A stretch of 64,000 nt of DNA from Takakia lepidozioides (lineage: Eukaryota; Plantae; Bryophyta), in the NCBI GenBank assembly GCA_030704615.1, contig CM060734.1, forward strand, positions 63,178,001 through 63,242,000. Reading direction: 5' to 3'. This document shows positions 38,250 through 50,171 of this stretch, in pieces. The position numbers and the translations under genes were made by a program. How positions within the stretch are numbered: position 1 is the stretch's first letter; every line of letters starts with the position of its first letter. The notes under the pieces were generated by a model. It was given only the letters and a program-made list of their open reading frames with translations. It was not told the DNA's origin and searched no databases.

Positions 38250-40180
38250 AGGTAGTGGGGCATGACAGTGGTGAGGTTGACAAGTGATCCAAGGTCTAGC
38301 TAACGGGAGTTCAATGCCATGGACACCCAATTGAAGCCATGGATTGTAGGAAGGCGAGTAACGATGGGGCTATTTTTTCACCCGGCCTCTTGATCTATTG
38401 CCTTCAGATACTGGGACTTGGGCGATTGATGACCAAACGATGATCTTATTGGGATGGATACTTGTCAGCTATCCGGTGTTAGAGGGACCTAATCACCAGC
38501 TAGGGGGGCGATTGTGGTATAGCTTGTGTAGTGGACACCGATGTATGTTGTGGCACGATGCTTAGGTGCACGACACCTCAATTGATCTCTACCTCATGCT
38601 ATGCCTCACAGTGTGCACTGGTCCCTTGGGATTTGCAGCCCCGAGGGCCTTACGGGTCATAGAGAGGGACGGAAATGCTTTCCTGTAATTTGACCACCAT
38701 ACCGCTTGTGAATATGACAACATCAAAAAAACAAGATGGGATTGATCCATTGCTGGTGTGACCAATGCTTAGAAGCATCCATGAATTTATGATGTCAGAA
38801 AATCCAAAAAGAAAATTTAAAAAAAGAAAACAATTTAAAGTTACAAAACTGTAGTCTCTAGTCTCTACAGAGTCCGATTGGCGATAAGCAAACATTACAA
38901 AATATTCCAACTAAGTTATCCTCTCATCATGCCACCTCCCCGCCCTCACATCAAAATAATTCTTGTTCATGGGCTTTGCTTGGTTGGTTGGTTGGTTGGA
39001 AGGTTTGGAAGAGTGTGGGGCCACTCAAGTTTGAATCGACGCTGCCACCCAAGTTTCAGTTTGAATCGGAGGGGCACTAACTTAACTGAGAGTTGTGCAA
39101 GCAGCGATGCGGCAGTGAGGGAGGGGGCGTCAGCAGTTTGTGTGGACATGTCAGTTGCTAACTGTTTCTGCACTCTCTCATCCCAGGCTCCATGCCCACT
39201 TGTCAACTCTTTCCGGAAGGCTTGGTGAGCAGGGGCGGCTTCAGAAGCGAGTGGAGGGTTGCATGCGCAGGAAGGGCATGGCACCCACCGCCTTCTCAAT
39301 CAATCGTACCTCACAATCATGCGCGAAACTTTATCCATCATAAGATAATTAGGTTTTGAGTAATGCAGTGGTTTGTTAGTGGCTTTGAGGTGGATGAAAT
39401 GTGATTAAGAGGTGGAGAGGGGGTGGGATGGTGGGGGGGGGGTGGTTGGGAGAGGATTCCGTCAGGGAGTGTTGGCATCCTCGCACGTCTGCCCACCCGC
39501 TCCTCTTGCAGCCGTGGAGTTCGGCATCCCCGCCAGGCGCCCTGAGATGTCTTGGAGGTGAGGGCGTGGGAGATTCCTATCTGTATTGGGTCGAGGTTGG
39601 ATTGAGGTTTGCATTGCTGTATCGATGATCTCCTGTCACCACGTTGTGGAATTGCATGTTGTGGCGGGGGATTCCCTCTAATTGGGTTTTCTTTCTGACA
39701 TGGGAGTAAAAGCCAACATCTGGTCGCTTTATGATAGGATGGGGTATGGAGGTGATGAGTGTTGGAGATGCTGCATTGGCTTGACGTTTCTATAAGCTCT
39801 GTGTCCTTGCTTGTATCCATCGCCCTCTGTCTGCGTGTCTCGTAAATTTCGTAGATTTGGTGGGTTCGGTGAGAATGGTCCACATGGGATCTTGGAGGCT
39901 CTAGGACAAGGCATTTGGCTCGGGGCGAGTCATTTGCACTCAAGCGTATGTTATGCGAGTTTTGAGACTTGTCTAAGATGGGCTTCTGGCGGCCTTGGAT
40001 GACGATGGGGGAGTTGGAGGTGGAAGTTGATAGCACCATTGCGCCCATGAAGATTCTCTTCAAGATTGATTTTCTCAGTAAGGAGCTCCGAGCCGTGAAT
40101 CTGATGAATGTGTGAGCACCTTATGCCTGTCTCCGGCTCTTGCCTGCTTCTCCCTCTTGCATTTCCTCACACCACCAGCC

Positions 40181-43100
40181 ATGGTTATTGAGCCATCACT
40201 TCCAGTACCTTCGCCACTGGACATCACGATTTCACCGGCAGTTTCCTCAGGAGCGGAGATCAATGGAAACTATGCGGTCACGAACTCAACTCCAGTTGCG
40301 TCGTCCAAAGTGGTTAAGAACAGCCCATGGAAATCTTTGAAGAAACCTTCCAGGAAATCTCCGAATTTTCCGCCCAGGAGCTCCCCAGGACGACCACCTT
40401 TGGAGGAAGGCGCGGCGGCTGAAAAATCAAAAAAGAGCTTGCCTTTGGATGGAGTCTTACCAGAAAAGCAAGAATTGGACTCGCCGGAACAAACAAATTG
40501 CGACCAGAATTCCCCCCATGCTCAACAAACCGAGCAAGGGCATATTGTTACCTCTGAAGGCATGCCTGAGAAAGTGAAGGACCAGGAAGTGAAGGGACCA
40601 GAAGCACTGCTTGAAAAAGACCTTCAATTCTCAGCTGAAGAAGACTCCCAGGAGAAATGCTCACCCGAGAAAGCCTCAAAGAGAAAGGGGTCCTCCCCAA
40701 TTCCGCTCACCCAAGGCCTTGAGAAACTCCATTGTAGGAAAAGCCGGTTCGGACTCACACAAAGCATACCAGCCAGTGGGAGTTTCAGTGAGGGAGGGAG
40801 TGATGAAGAATCTCTGGACTCAGGTCCAAAATTAATATCTGTATCCACACTTGAGGCATACCTGAAAAATGAAACAGGATCCAAAAGTCCTCATCTGGGT
40901 TCATATCTACTCAAGCTTGCAAAATCATATGCTTTGGGAGAGAATTTTGCCAAGGCAATAGAGTACGGTAACCAGGCAGTCAAATTCTACGAGAAACAAT
41001 CTAATGGAAAGCCTTGTTTGGATCTTGTGGTAAGCCTTCATATAGTAGCAGCCTTGAACTGCCGACTGGAGAAGTTTGAAGAGGCTATTCCGCTGCTTGA
41101 GCGTTCAGTTGCTATCCCGGACTTGAGCGAAGGTGAGGAACATGCCCTTGCTAAATTTGCCGGGCACATGCAGCTTGGTGACACGTTGAATCTACTTGGA
41201 AGGCAGGAAGCTGCATTGCAGTCCTACCATGCTGCCCTGCAAGTCCAAAAGGAAACTCTTGGAGAACTGGATCCACGGGTCGGGGAGACCTGCCACTACA
41301 TTGCTGAAGCCCACTTGCAGGTAAAAATTTGCACCTGCATTTGCTCTTCACTCTTATGTCTCTTCTCTACATGTTTTCTCCCTCTTGGTTTTTTCTTTCA
41401 CTCTTTGACTGCTGTAGTTGTGTGTGTGGGAAGGACAGTTCAATTGCTGCATTTCTGTCTCTTGTAAATTGTGTAGTCAACTGCTAATACAATTCATACG
41501 AGTGTTTGAAAAGATTACCATTGCGTTAATTCTGTTTGAAAATATGAGTAGTGCAGGCAATGGAGTTCCAAGAAGCTGAGGTTCTGTGTGAGCACGCCTT
41601 AGCCATTCATAAAGAACACAGTGAGGCAGGTTCTTTGGAGGAAGCTGCTGACGGCCGGCTCCTGGCTCTAATCTACAGTGCAAAAGGTGACCACGAAAAT
41701 GCATTGGAGAATTTGGTCCATGCTAATGCAACCCTTCTAGCAAATGATATGCAGGTGAGGTTTGCGTACTAACTCTGAGATTTTTTGTCAGTGAGACCTT
41801 GGTCAAGTGTGATCACAACCACTAGTATATCATAATAGTGAGAGCAACGTCTATCAGCTAAAGTGATAGTGGACAGTGGAAAAATTCACCCATTTTTGAT
41901 ACAGAATTGCCTTGGCACCACCAAAACAATTGCAGTTTGCACCTAAATTTTGTATAGAAATCTCGCAGACTAATCGATCAGATGTATTACCATGATATGA
42001 AATATGTTACACAGGTGCAATATGGGCAGGTTCTGTTTCATGGACCCACCAGTGGCTAACTTTTATGTTTTGTTTTCAGAAGACATCCACTGAACACCTG
42101 AAAGAGTACTAACCCCGTCTTATAGAATGCTTTGAAACTCTGGGAGGAGGGACATTCTGGCTTTCCGTTAAGATTTTATGTAAATGGAAAGCTGTGCTTC
42201 TGAATTGTTCTGTCAATTCTGCTGGTAAGCATACGTTTTTATGCTCAGAGGAGGACCTGCTCTGGTCTATGTTAGAAATGCTCGGTTTTGGAATCTCTGA
42301 ACCTTCCAGTGGAAATCAGAAGAGTGAAATGTTACTCTGCTGGTGGAGGATTGGACTCGCAGATTCATTTCCACATGGGTCACTCAACTGTATATTGGAC
42401 TCTTCTGCCTAGTGTAGTGAGAATAGAACTGATGGTTAAGCAAAGCTCTTTGAGCTCACGATTTCCTAATTCTTGCAGACCTTAGTCCAATCCCCACTTC
42501 AGGTTTCACATCAGAGATCTGCCTTAGCATCCAATCTCATGAATTGGGTGGACTACTGCAAATTTTTGCAGATTGATGTGGCAGCCATCAACTCAAGCAT
42601 TGGTGACGCCCTTTTGGCACTGGGTCGTGATGGAGAAGCAGTTCTTTCCTACCAGAAGGCTCTCACAGTTTTCAAGGCCTTGAAAGGAGACAACCACACT
42701 TTGGTAGCTTCCACTTATATCAGCTTAGCTGAACTCTATCTGAGAACCAACAAGCTTCGTGAAGCAAAAACCTACTGCGAGAGCGCACTTTGTATTTACG
42801 GCAAGCAGGGTGCTGGCCATGCCCCTGCCCCTTCCCCTGAAGATGTCGCCAATGGACTGACAGATATTGCTGCTATTTTCGAACAATTGAATGAAAAAGA
42901 GACGGCGCTCCTCCTCCTTCAGCGGGCTCTCAAAATTCAAGATAATATCCCAGGTCAGAAACTTCCATTCTCCTAACTTCCCCCTGACTTCTTCTCTTCA
43001 TGTTATGTTTGAAGAGACCTAGGATGGAGGTTTCCCTGTAGGAGTATACTAGTTATTTAGAAGAGGTGCATCTCTCATAGATGCCTTTCGATGCATCTGC

Positions 43101-44591
43101 CACAGGTCAGCAACTTGCAGTCACCAAAATTTGAAAGCTCACGAGGTTCATGTAGGTCTTGGAAGTTTTAAGTTTTCCCCATCGACACAGTAGTCCAATT
43201 TCCTTTTAACAATGATATTGATAATCTGTATCCTATGTGGTTGTGGCCCTAAATTTTACAGGCCAGCAATTTGCAGTGGGTGGCATTGAAGCCCAGATGG
43301 GGATTCTCTACAATATGATGGAAAAATTCATGCCTGCATTGGATGCTTTCAAGAGTGCCAGTATCAAGTTGAAGGGTGGAGGGGTGAAGAAAACTGCTCT
43401 GTTAGGCATACTCTTAAATCAAATGGGCATAACGTGTGTTGAGCTAGGTGAGATCAAGCAAGCATCACAGTTGTTTGAGGAGTCAAAGAGTGTGTTAGAG
43501 GACACTTGTGGACCTCACCATCCTGATACGCTGGATGTCTGCACTAATCTGGCCAGCACCTACGATGCACTTGGAAGGTACTCCCTTTCTTGCTGCTCTC
43601 CCTCTCTCTTTTCTGCTTGGCAGCTCAAAGATTTATGTGCATCAGGTAGAGAGCTACAATGTGATGTCAATATCAGCGCCGATGTGAATGTTTGATGCTA
43701 ATATGATTCTAGTGTGATGTCAGATGTGACCCTTCAATCAACACTCCATTCTGAACGACTGGATTGTTCTGGGCTGTACATGACAAATATGTGCATTTGG
43801 GGTTTAGTTTTCTATACCCTGGTGGATTAAAATCCACATTGGGCTCCTGGAGAGCTAGTATGTGTGTCTCTCCATGTGTGTCTCAGCAAAATTGGCGGAA
43901 ATGGTCGATCGGTAATCTCCATCAATTTTCAATGTGAAGTGTCCTTTGCCATCCTTGAATGGCGAGGCAACTTTGGTCTGAGTTGCCTACATGGGCTCCA
44001 GGAATGCTAGTATCCTGGAGAGACTAGGTGTTCTGTCATACCCATGTTTGATCTCCCCAACAAAAAACTTGCGACTGAACTCCTACTATATCCCTCATAA
44101 TGCTGGTTCAAGAGAAAGGGAGCTGCCCTTTCTCTCTCTCTCTCTTGAGCATTGACCAGGTAGCCCAGCGGTTGGGTGTTTGTGCCTTGCCTGTGCATAA
44201 CCTGGGTGATCCTGGGTTCAATCCTTCAACATGCACCTTCAATTGTACATTGGCCCCTTGATGGGCTGTGTGTTGAGCAGTAGGCTCTGTGAATTCACTG
44301 GATGTTAAATAAGCTTTATCTTCATCTCTCCCCAGTTAATGTAAAAGTTTCTAACTTTCTTCTGTTGAGGTAACTTATTGGGCATGCAGATTAGAGGATG
44401 CCATTAAGCTGCTGGAAGAGATTGTGCAAGTGAAGGAGGAGAAGCTTGGCACAGTGCACCCCGACATTCATGATGACCGCAAGCGGCTGCAGGAGTTGCT
44501 CAAGGATGTGGGCCGATCCCGCACACACAAGTCCCGCAAGCTTGAAGAGTTACTTTTGAATGCTAGAAAGGAGAATTCGAAATCCAAGTGA
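40181..44591 (+). CDS. KLCR: Kinesin light chain-related TPR protein (KLCR/CMU family); exons ~40181-41320, 41557-41754, 42572-42953, 43262-43577, 44390-44591
   Basis: TPR repeats; EEHALAKFAGHMQLGD, DPRVGETCHYIAEAH, GIEAQMG, CGPHHPDTLDVCTNLASTYDALGR, EEKLGTVHPD..RLQELLK; GT-AG boundaries. The 5' start could lie further upstream. Confidence 0.85.
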
Positions 44592-45090
44592 CCAAATCTA
44601 TGTGAGCCAGAGAGATTGTTATTTCATTCTTATCCAAATTTGTTAATGTTCCAGACCTGTACATCACAGCATTTGCAATAGTTAATACAATATTGATGGG
44701 CTGCTTCATCATCATTGAAATCTAAAAGCTGTTCCACTCTTGGTTGAGGCACATCAATGTGCAACTTCCACCACATCAATATGCAACTTCCACCATACAT
44801 TGACGGTACAAACACGTCCAGTCATGTGGGTTGTGTGCAATCTGGAGGCACTGTTTTAACCATACCATTATAGGATCTCACACTGATGTCACACACGCCC
44901 AGCATAAAGAAGGATAAGAATAGAGTAGTGTGAGCTGAAGCGCATAAACGAGTAGACAAACTAGCAAGCCTCTTATAGCCTACATCTTCGGAGTGGCAAC
45001 TTGGGCAAGTGCTCATGACTGGCTGGCAACCACATGCCCAATTTTTTTCTAAAAAGGAAACCTGATCAACAGCCCTGCACCACTCCCATA

Positions 45091-48000
45091 TCATAAAGAC
45101 AGGCGGCCACACAAGCGCCATTTGGCATCAATCTGTGAGAGCTGCTTTTCAAACACCCAGATGTCCTCCACAGTGAGCTGACATTACAACCACGTTGCAG
45201 TTAGCCTTGGGCAGACAGAATGCCCCACCTGGTATTAGGAGGTTTTAAACTTTGCTTGTTCTCAAACCCTCCCCTCAAGACTGTTTCCTAACATTTTTGT
45301 AGTACAGTGTGACAGGTCTCTTTAAAGTTGAAACACATGACTATCACATGGTGCTTCATACATTTACATAGACGCAAAATCAATCTGACATCAGATATGC
45401 ATAACACAATGAATAGGTGGAATGATGGATTGATACCCACTTAAAAGTACAATGGAACCAAACATGAAGCAGTCGTTAGTAGGATGGGTGAGCAATGATA
45501 TTGTATGGTACCAAATGCAGAGAGAGGGAGCCAAAACTGACCTCCTTCTCAGGATCCCCAGTGACTAGCTTGCCTTGCTTATCATATGCTGCAAACTTCT
45601 GCAAAGTGGAGAGTGGCATTGCCAAGCCAAAATAAAATGCATCAGTATGCTCTCCAGAAACATATCACATCTAGTACTTGCTTCTTGAAAAATGTAAGAA
45701 CCTTGAATTAAGATAACAATAACAATACTAAAGAACCTGTACTGGTTGAAGAGCAGTACCTGATTACTGATGATTTGAAGGGTAAGTTGCGCAAATGCAT
45801 TGTCCAGGTTCTTCTGGTCAACCCCTATCTACAAAACCCCACTTACACAGGTGATTTTCAACCCGATTAAAGGTAGTAAAGGGACACAACTAGAGCAAAT
45901 ATGAAGTAGTAACGCACCAAACGGCCTTGCAGAGTGCGCATTTTCTTGATGGGGCCTGCTAGCTGCCAGTGGACGCGCGCCCATCTTGCCTCCCTGTGTT
46001 TCAGCTCCTTCTTCATCACCTGCCCCCAATAGATGTGAGAGAAAAGGCTGTAGTTGCCCAAATTAGTAATCTGATCAGGTTGGATCGATATTCTAGTGGC
46101 ACAAAGCAGTTTGGCAGACTACACACAATGAAAGGATACAAGAACATGTCACATCAAGAAAAGATGTCACATTTAAGAAAGAAAGTCACACAGTTGTTAT
46201 TGACGATGAGAGCTGAACAACCAAGACTCACAGGCAAGAGGTTGTCTATGACAAGCATTTGAAGAAATCCAATAACAACGCATTACAGCCTGCAAAGAGG
46301 CAGATTGAAGTGCTTTGCAACAATCCACCCCTACAGTACTAAGAAAACATATCACATCAAGAAAAGATCACACCATCATCATTCACCATGAGCGCTGGTG
46401 GGAGAGAGCATCTACTCACAGACAAAACGTTGTCAGTGACAAGCATTCGAAGTGATGAACGGTCCGCCTGCGCTATTGCGCTGTTGATCTGAATCCATCC
46501 AGAGATAAGGAAGTCATTTATTAAATAGCATAAGCCCAAACTAGAAATCAAGTTCAAACTACTAAACTACAAGTCATTTGCATCTCTGACAGTTCATGAC
46601 AATTTTGTTTCCAATATTCTACATCCCACACCACAGTAGCCAGTCAAATCCACATGGTAGTAGAAAGGGGGTGTAGAGTGCTTACCTCCTTATAGAGGTC
46701 AGAGGCCTCACGGTAAAATTTTGCCTGACTGTAGCCTTTTGTCTTCTGTCGCAGCTTTGCTATGGCAAAGCCCGTCTTTAACTGCTCCAAAAAACAATAA
46801 GCACTCCTAATCATGCCCTCATGTATACAAACAGTACAATATTGCTTTGCTGCCAACCTAACCTGGCTAGACCAAGGCATACCCAACAAAATGAGAAATA
46901 ATAAAACTCAAGATATGCACTTGATAGCAGAATTCTTAGTCTCTACCTTGCAACTGTATGTTGAACGGTTATTGCTAGTAGCTAATGAATGTGATAGTAG
47001 TGTAGCTATATGCCTCACCCCTCCTGCTCCTCTCCCTCTCTCCCTCTCTACCAATTGGTGGCAAGAATAGCAAGATGACGTATACCATGGCCATGACATT
47101 CTCCTTTCTGATATGCCACCCTTCCTTTGTAAACCAACTGCAATTTACACCAGAAAGCAGACCATTACTAATGTGTCTTCTGGGACAGCTGCAACATGCA
47201 TCTGTGAATGCAAATCAGGCTTAAGATCAACCGCAAAGTACAAAACACTGGGTGAGAGAAAGGAAAAAAAACCATGAATTTGTCAATAACAGCAATTCAA
47301 TCAACCGAGCCCCAAAAGACCAAGGTTTTAGGCTCTACGTATGAGGTAGCAGATTGGCCCTCTTGCAAACACGACTGTTAAGCTCTAGACAGCAAGAGAG
47401 AGAGGAACAAGCACTCATAGGCCCTTGTCTTGCTGTACACTGGCGCCCATAGGGACTCACCTCCAGCTGGAAGGAGCAGAAGGGGGGCAGAAAGCCTCAG
47501 TATTCACAACTAAGAATGCTTGGTGTCGCCCATCAGGGACATTCACACATCTAGACAGGACAAGAGTTGAGTGGGGGACACAGCTATCATGGAAGAGACA
47601 AGATACTCATAAGACTTGTTTGCAGTAGCCTTGGTGCCATAGACCATGCGCCCAGTTTGGGCCAAACATATCATGGAGGAGAGAGAGCGATAGAGAGAGA
47701 CCGTTTCAAGAAAGGAAGGGGCGGTGGAGGGGACTTGTAGGGATCTCCAATGACCCCAGGACTCCCCATATAGACCCTTAATTTCATCTGTGCACCACAA
47801 GTTAAATCCATCTTCAGAGGGAGAAGACCACAATCGGTGAGTGATGGTGTGAAACATATGAAAAGTTAGCAGGTTCCCGTAAAATTATGAAGTTGTTAAT
47901 TTCACCTGTGGACGTAAGTTGATAGGAAGAAAAAGTACTTGAGAATCAACCACTGCTAATAAAATGACAATGGAAAGAACTGGATAACAGCCAATTATAG

Positions 48001-49805
48001 TCACAAGAGAAGACAATCTCCAAATGTTCAACTCAAACTAATAAGAACATGACTTAAGCTAAGCAAAAGAAAGACCAAGTACTCACAGGTCGTTGCATTT
48101 GTGGAGGTAATGAAACAGCCTTGGCAAATCCTCTCTGTCCCCTTGCCACTGAGAGTGGGACAGTCACCTAAGCAGACCCCGCAGAGGTCAATGTCTATTA
48201 GGCATCTTTGTTCTTCTGTTGACAACTTTTTTGCAGAAAACTAGGGGGCAGAGGCTGTAAATTTTTTTCCAGGTTATTTACAAGCAAGTACTGTTATAAA
48301 TTTGGGCCCTGGCATGTATTTTGACTGCTTTACCTTTGAGAGGTAGCGATCACTGTGTTGGATTACCAGCTTTTGGTTAGGGTATGAGTGGGTTCAAACC
48401 AGTGTTGGGCGGATCTAAACCTTTTTTTAATATCCACCAGTTCCGGGTGTTACCAACATGACAAACAGCGGATCCCGGTATGCATCCGGTTATTAAGTTT
48501 TGGGCTGAGATCCGCCAGGTATTGACGGGTATTGGCCGGATATCCGCTGGGTATTACACTGGGTATAAGAAAAAAAATTGTATTTTCATATCCGCCGGTT
48601 ATGCATCTAACCTGGATACTAAAAAACACCGGTTCCGAGTCCGGATACATTGATATCCGGGTTGATATCCTGCTGTTGATATCCTGATGACTCTATATGC
48701 GGCCAACACTGGTTCAAACCACTTATTCTGATTTTGTGGTTTTGGGGGACAGACACACACAGCGATGGCATTCACATGAGGGCAGATTCCTTCTTGCTAC
48801 AGACTTTGCCACGGCCGTTTATGGGATCTCAAAGCATCAGGGTGGAATTGCAAAAGCACTCTCACACAGCCAACAAGCTGTTCCAGGCAATGGAGGGGAA
48901 CTGTGACCACTGCAATAAAAAATGCACTTAGAGTAGGGAAGTGTACCGGAGACTGCAATTGGCAAATTCCTTGAGCCCGCAATCCTGTAGCTGCCATTTG
49001 AAGACCTGTGATTGTTGCAATTAAAAGTCAGACTAATAACAGTGCAGAAAACGGGAAGCCTTAATGAAAATGAAAACGTTAGTTCATCTTCAGAAGACTA
49101 TTACAATTGGGTAACCCCTTTTGCCTTGAACTCATCAACCATGCATAGGAAACAACGAAAATTTATTGCTGACCATTCGAACCGGTAGAACAAGAAATAG
49201 CCCCAGCTTGGAGGTCAAGTGTACCCTCCCCAAAGACATACATTACGCAGTGAACTATGTATTCTGTCTCCAAATTCATAGGCTAGGCATATGCGCCAAG
49301 AGAGAGAGAGAGAGAGAGCTGCGTACGCGTGTGTTGGTCATGTGCTAAATCAGTGCAAAAGTACCAACGGTAGTTGAAGCATTCAATCACCTGAAGTACA
49401 TGATGATGCCCTGGAGATTTCTTGGAAGGACGAGTACCTCCGAGTGGCTGTCGTTGCAATTGGGCTTAGCACAATTTTCAGTCTTTGTATCCCTCTGATA
49501 CACCCTGTCTGCCTGTCTTTGGTGCTGCTGAACGCTGTCTCCGAAGGAATGCCAAATTCAAATCTATGGTAGCGAAAGCCTGTTGAAATGCATCTGTCGT
49601 GACCGGAATCCCTCACCGTCTCTGCTACTTTTCCAGAGAATCGACCCAAGGTGATCTCATTTCGTGATGCTAATGGAATGATTTCTTGGAGCGCGGAGGA
49701 ACCAGAAATACGTGAGTGAATAGATGCACAATGAGAAGTGAAAGTCGAGATAGCAGCTGAAATACGGTGCGGGGCAGACTGGAAATTGCAGCGTAAGGGG
49801 CCCAT
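45091..49805 (-). CDS. Tim44-domain mitochondrial protein (mL45/MRPL45-like), multi-exon
   Basis: Exon peptides SPGVIGDPY, WFTKEGW, AIAKLRQKTKGYSQAKFYREASDLYKE, MKKELKHREARWARVHW, KFAAYDKQGKLVTGDPEKE, VEDIWVFEK..WRLCGRLSL*; transit-like N-terminus. Confidence 0.8.
48400..48711. mobile_element. hAT-type MITE (312 bp) in an intron of the mL45-like gene
   Basis: TIR cagtgttgg(g/c)cg; exact 8-bp TSD gttcaaac at 48392-48399 and 48712-48719; internal atccgg/ccggtt repeats. Confidence 0.85.
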
Positions 49806-50171
49806 ACCACCCGTCAAAGGAGTGACATTAACACTCGAAATCCGAGAGCACTAACGTGGTAATCTCTGCTCTGCCATTGATGTTTGCACACGCCTCACAC
49901 ACAGCCAGACACTTGACAAGTAGAGAGCCTGCATCCCTCGCACTAAACCCTAAACCCTGACAACGTTTTTGAGATGCAATTGAAGTGGGCAAAACTCAGG
50001 AACCCTAATTGTGTAGGTGACAGTGGAAACACATAAGACTTGATCCAGTAGCGTGGACGGAATATGAACTTGATCCAGTAGTGTGGCATGCAAGTGTGCG
50101 AGCAAACAGTGAAGGGGAACGGACGGGGCTGGTAGGGAGCGTGGACGGAATATGAAGCATCAGGTGCCACC
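49806..50171. promoter_or_regulatory. Short divergent intergenic/promoter region with telo-box
   Basis: 366 bp between divergent ATGs; aaaccctaaaccct at ~49945; repeated acttgatccagtag.gtgg / cgtggacggaatatga. Confidence 0.6.

Larger units (their letters stand above)
28403..38575 (+). mobile_element. Element B: Ty3/Gypsy retrotransposon with the full domain set gag-PR-DNMT3-like MTase-RT-RH-INT-PHD (degenerate)
   Basis: R-like 5' remnant 28403-28457; PPT agctaggggggcgat 38498-38512; 63-bp TG..CA terminal unit 38513-38575; all pol motifs in Gypsy order with the MTase inserted. Confidence 0.92.

Noticed and set aside
39338-40063. 241-aa minus-strand ORF upstream of KLCR
   Set aside because: No recognisable domain; lies antisense in the probable 5' UTR/intron region of KLCR
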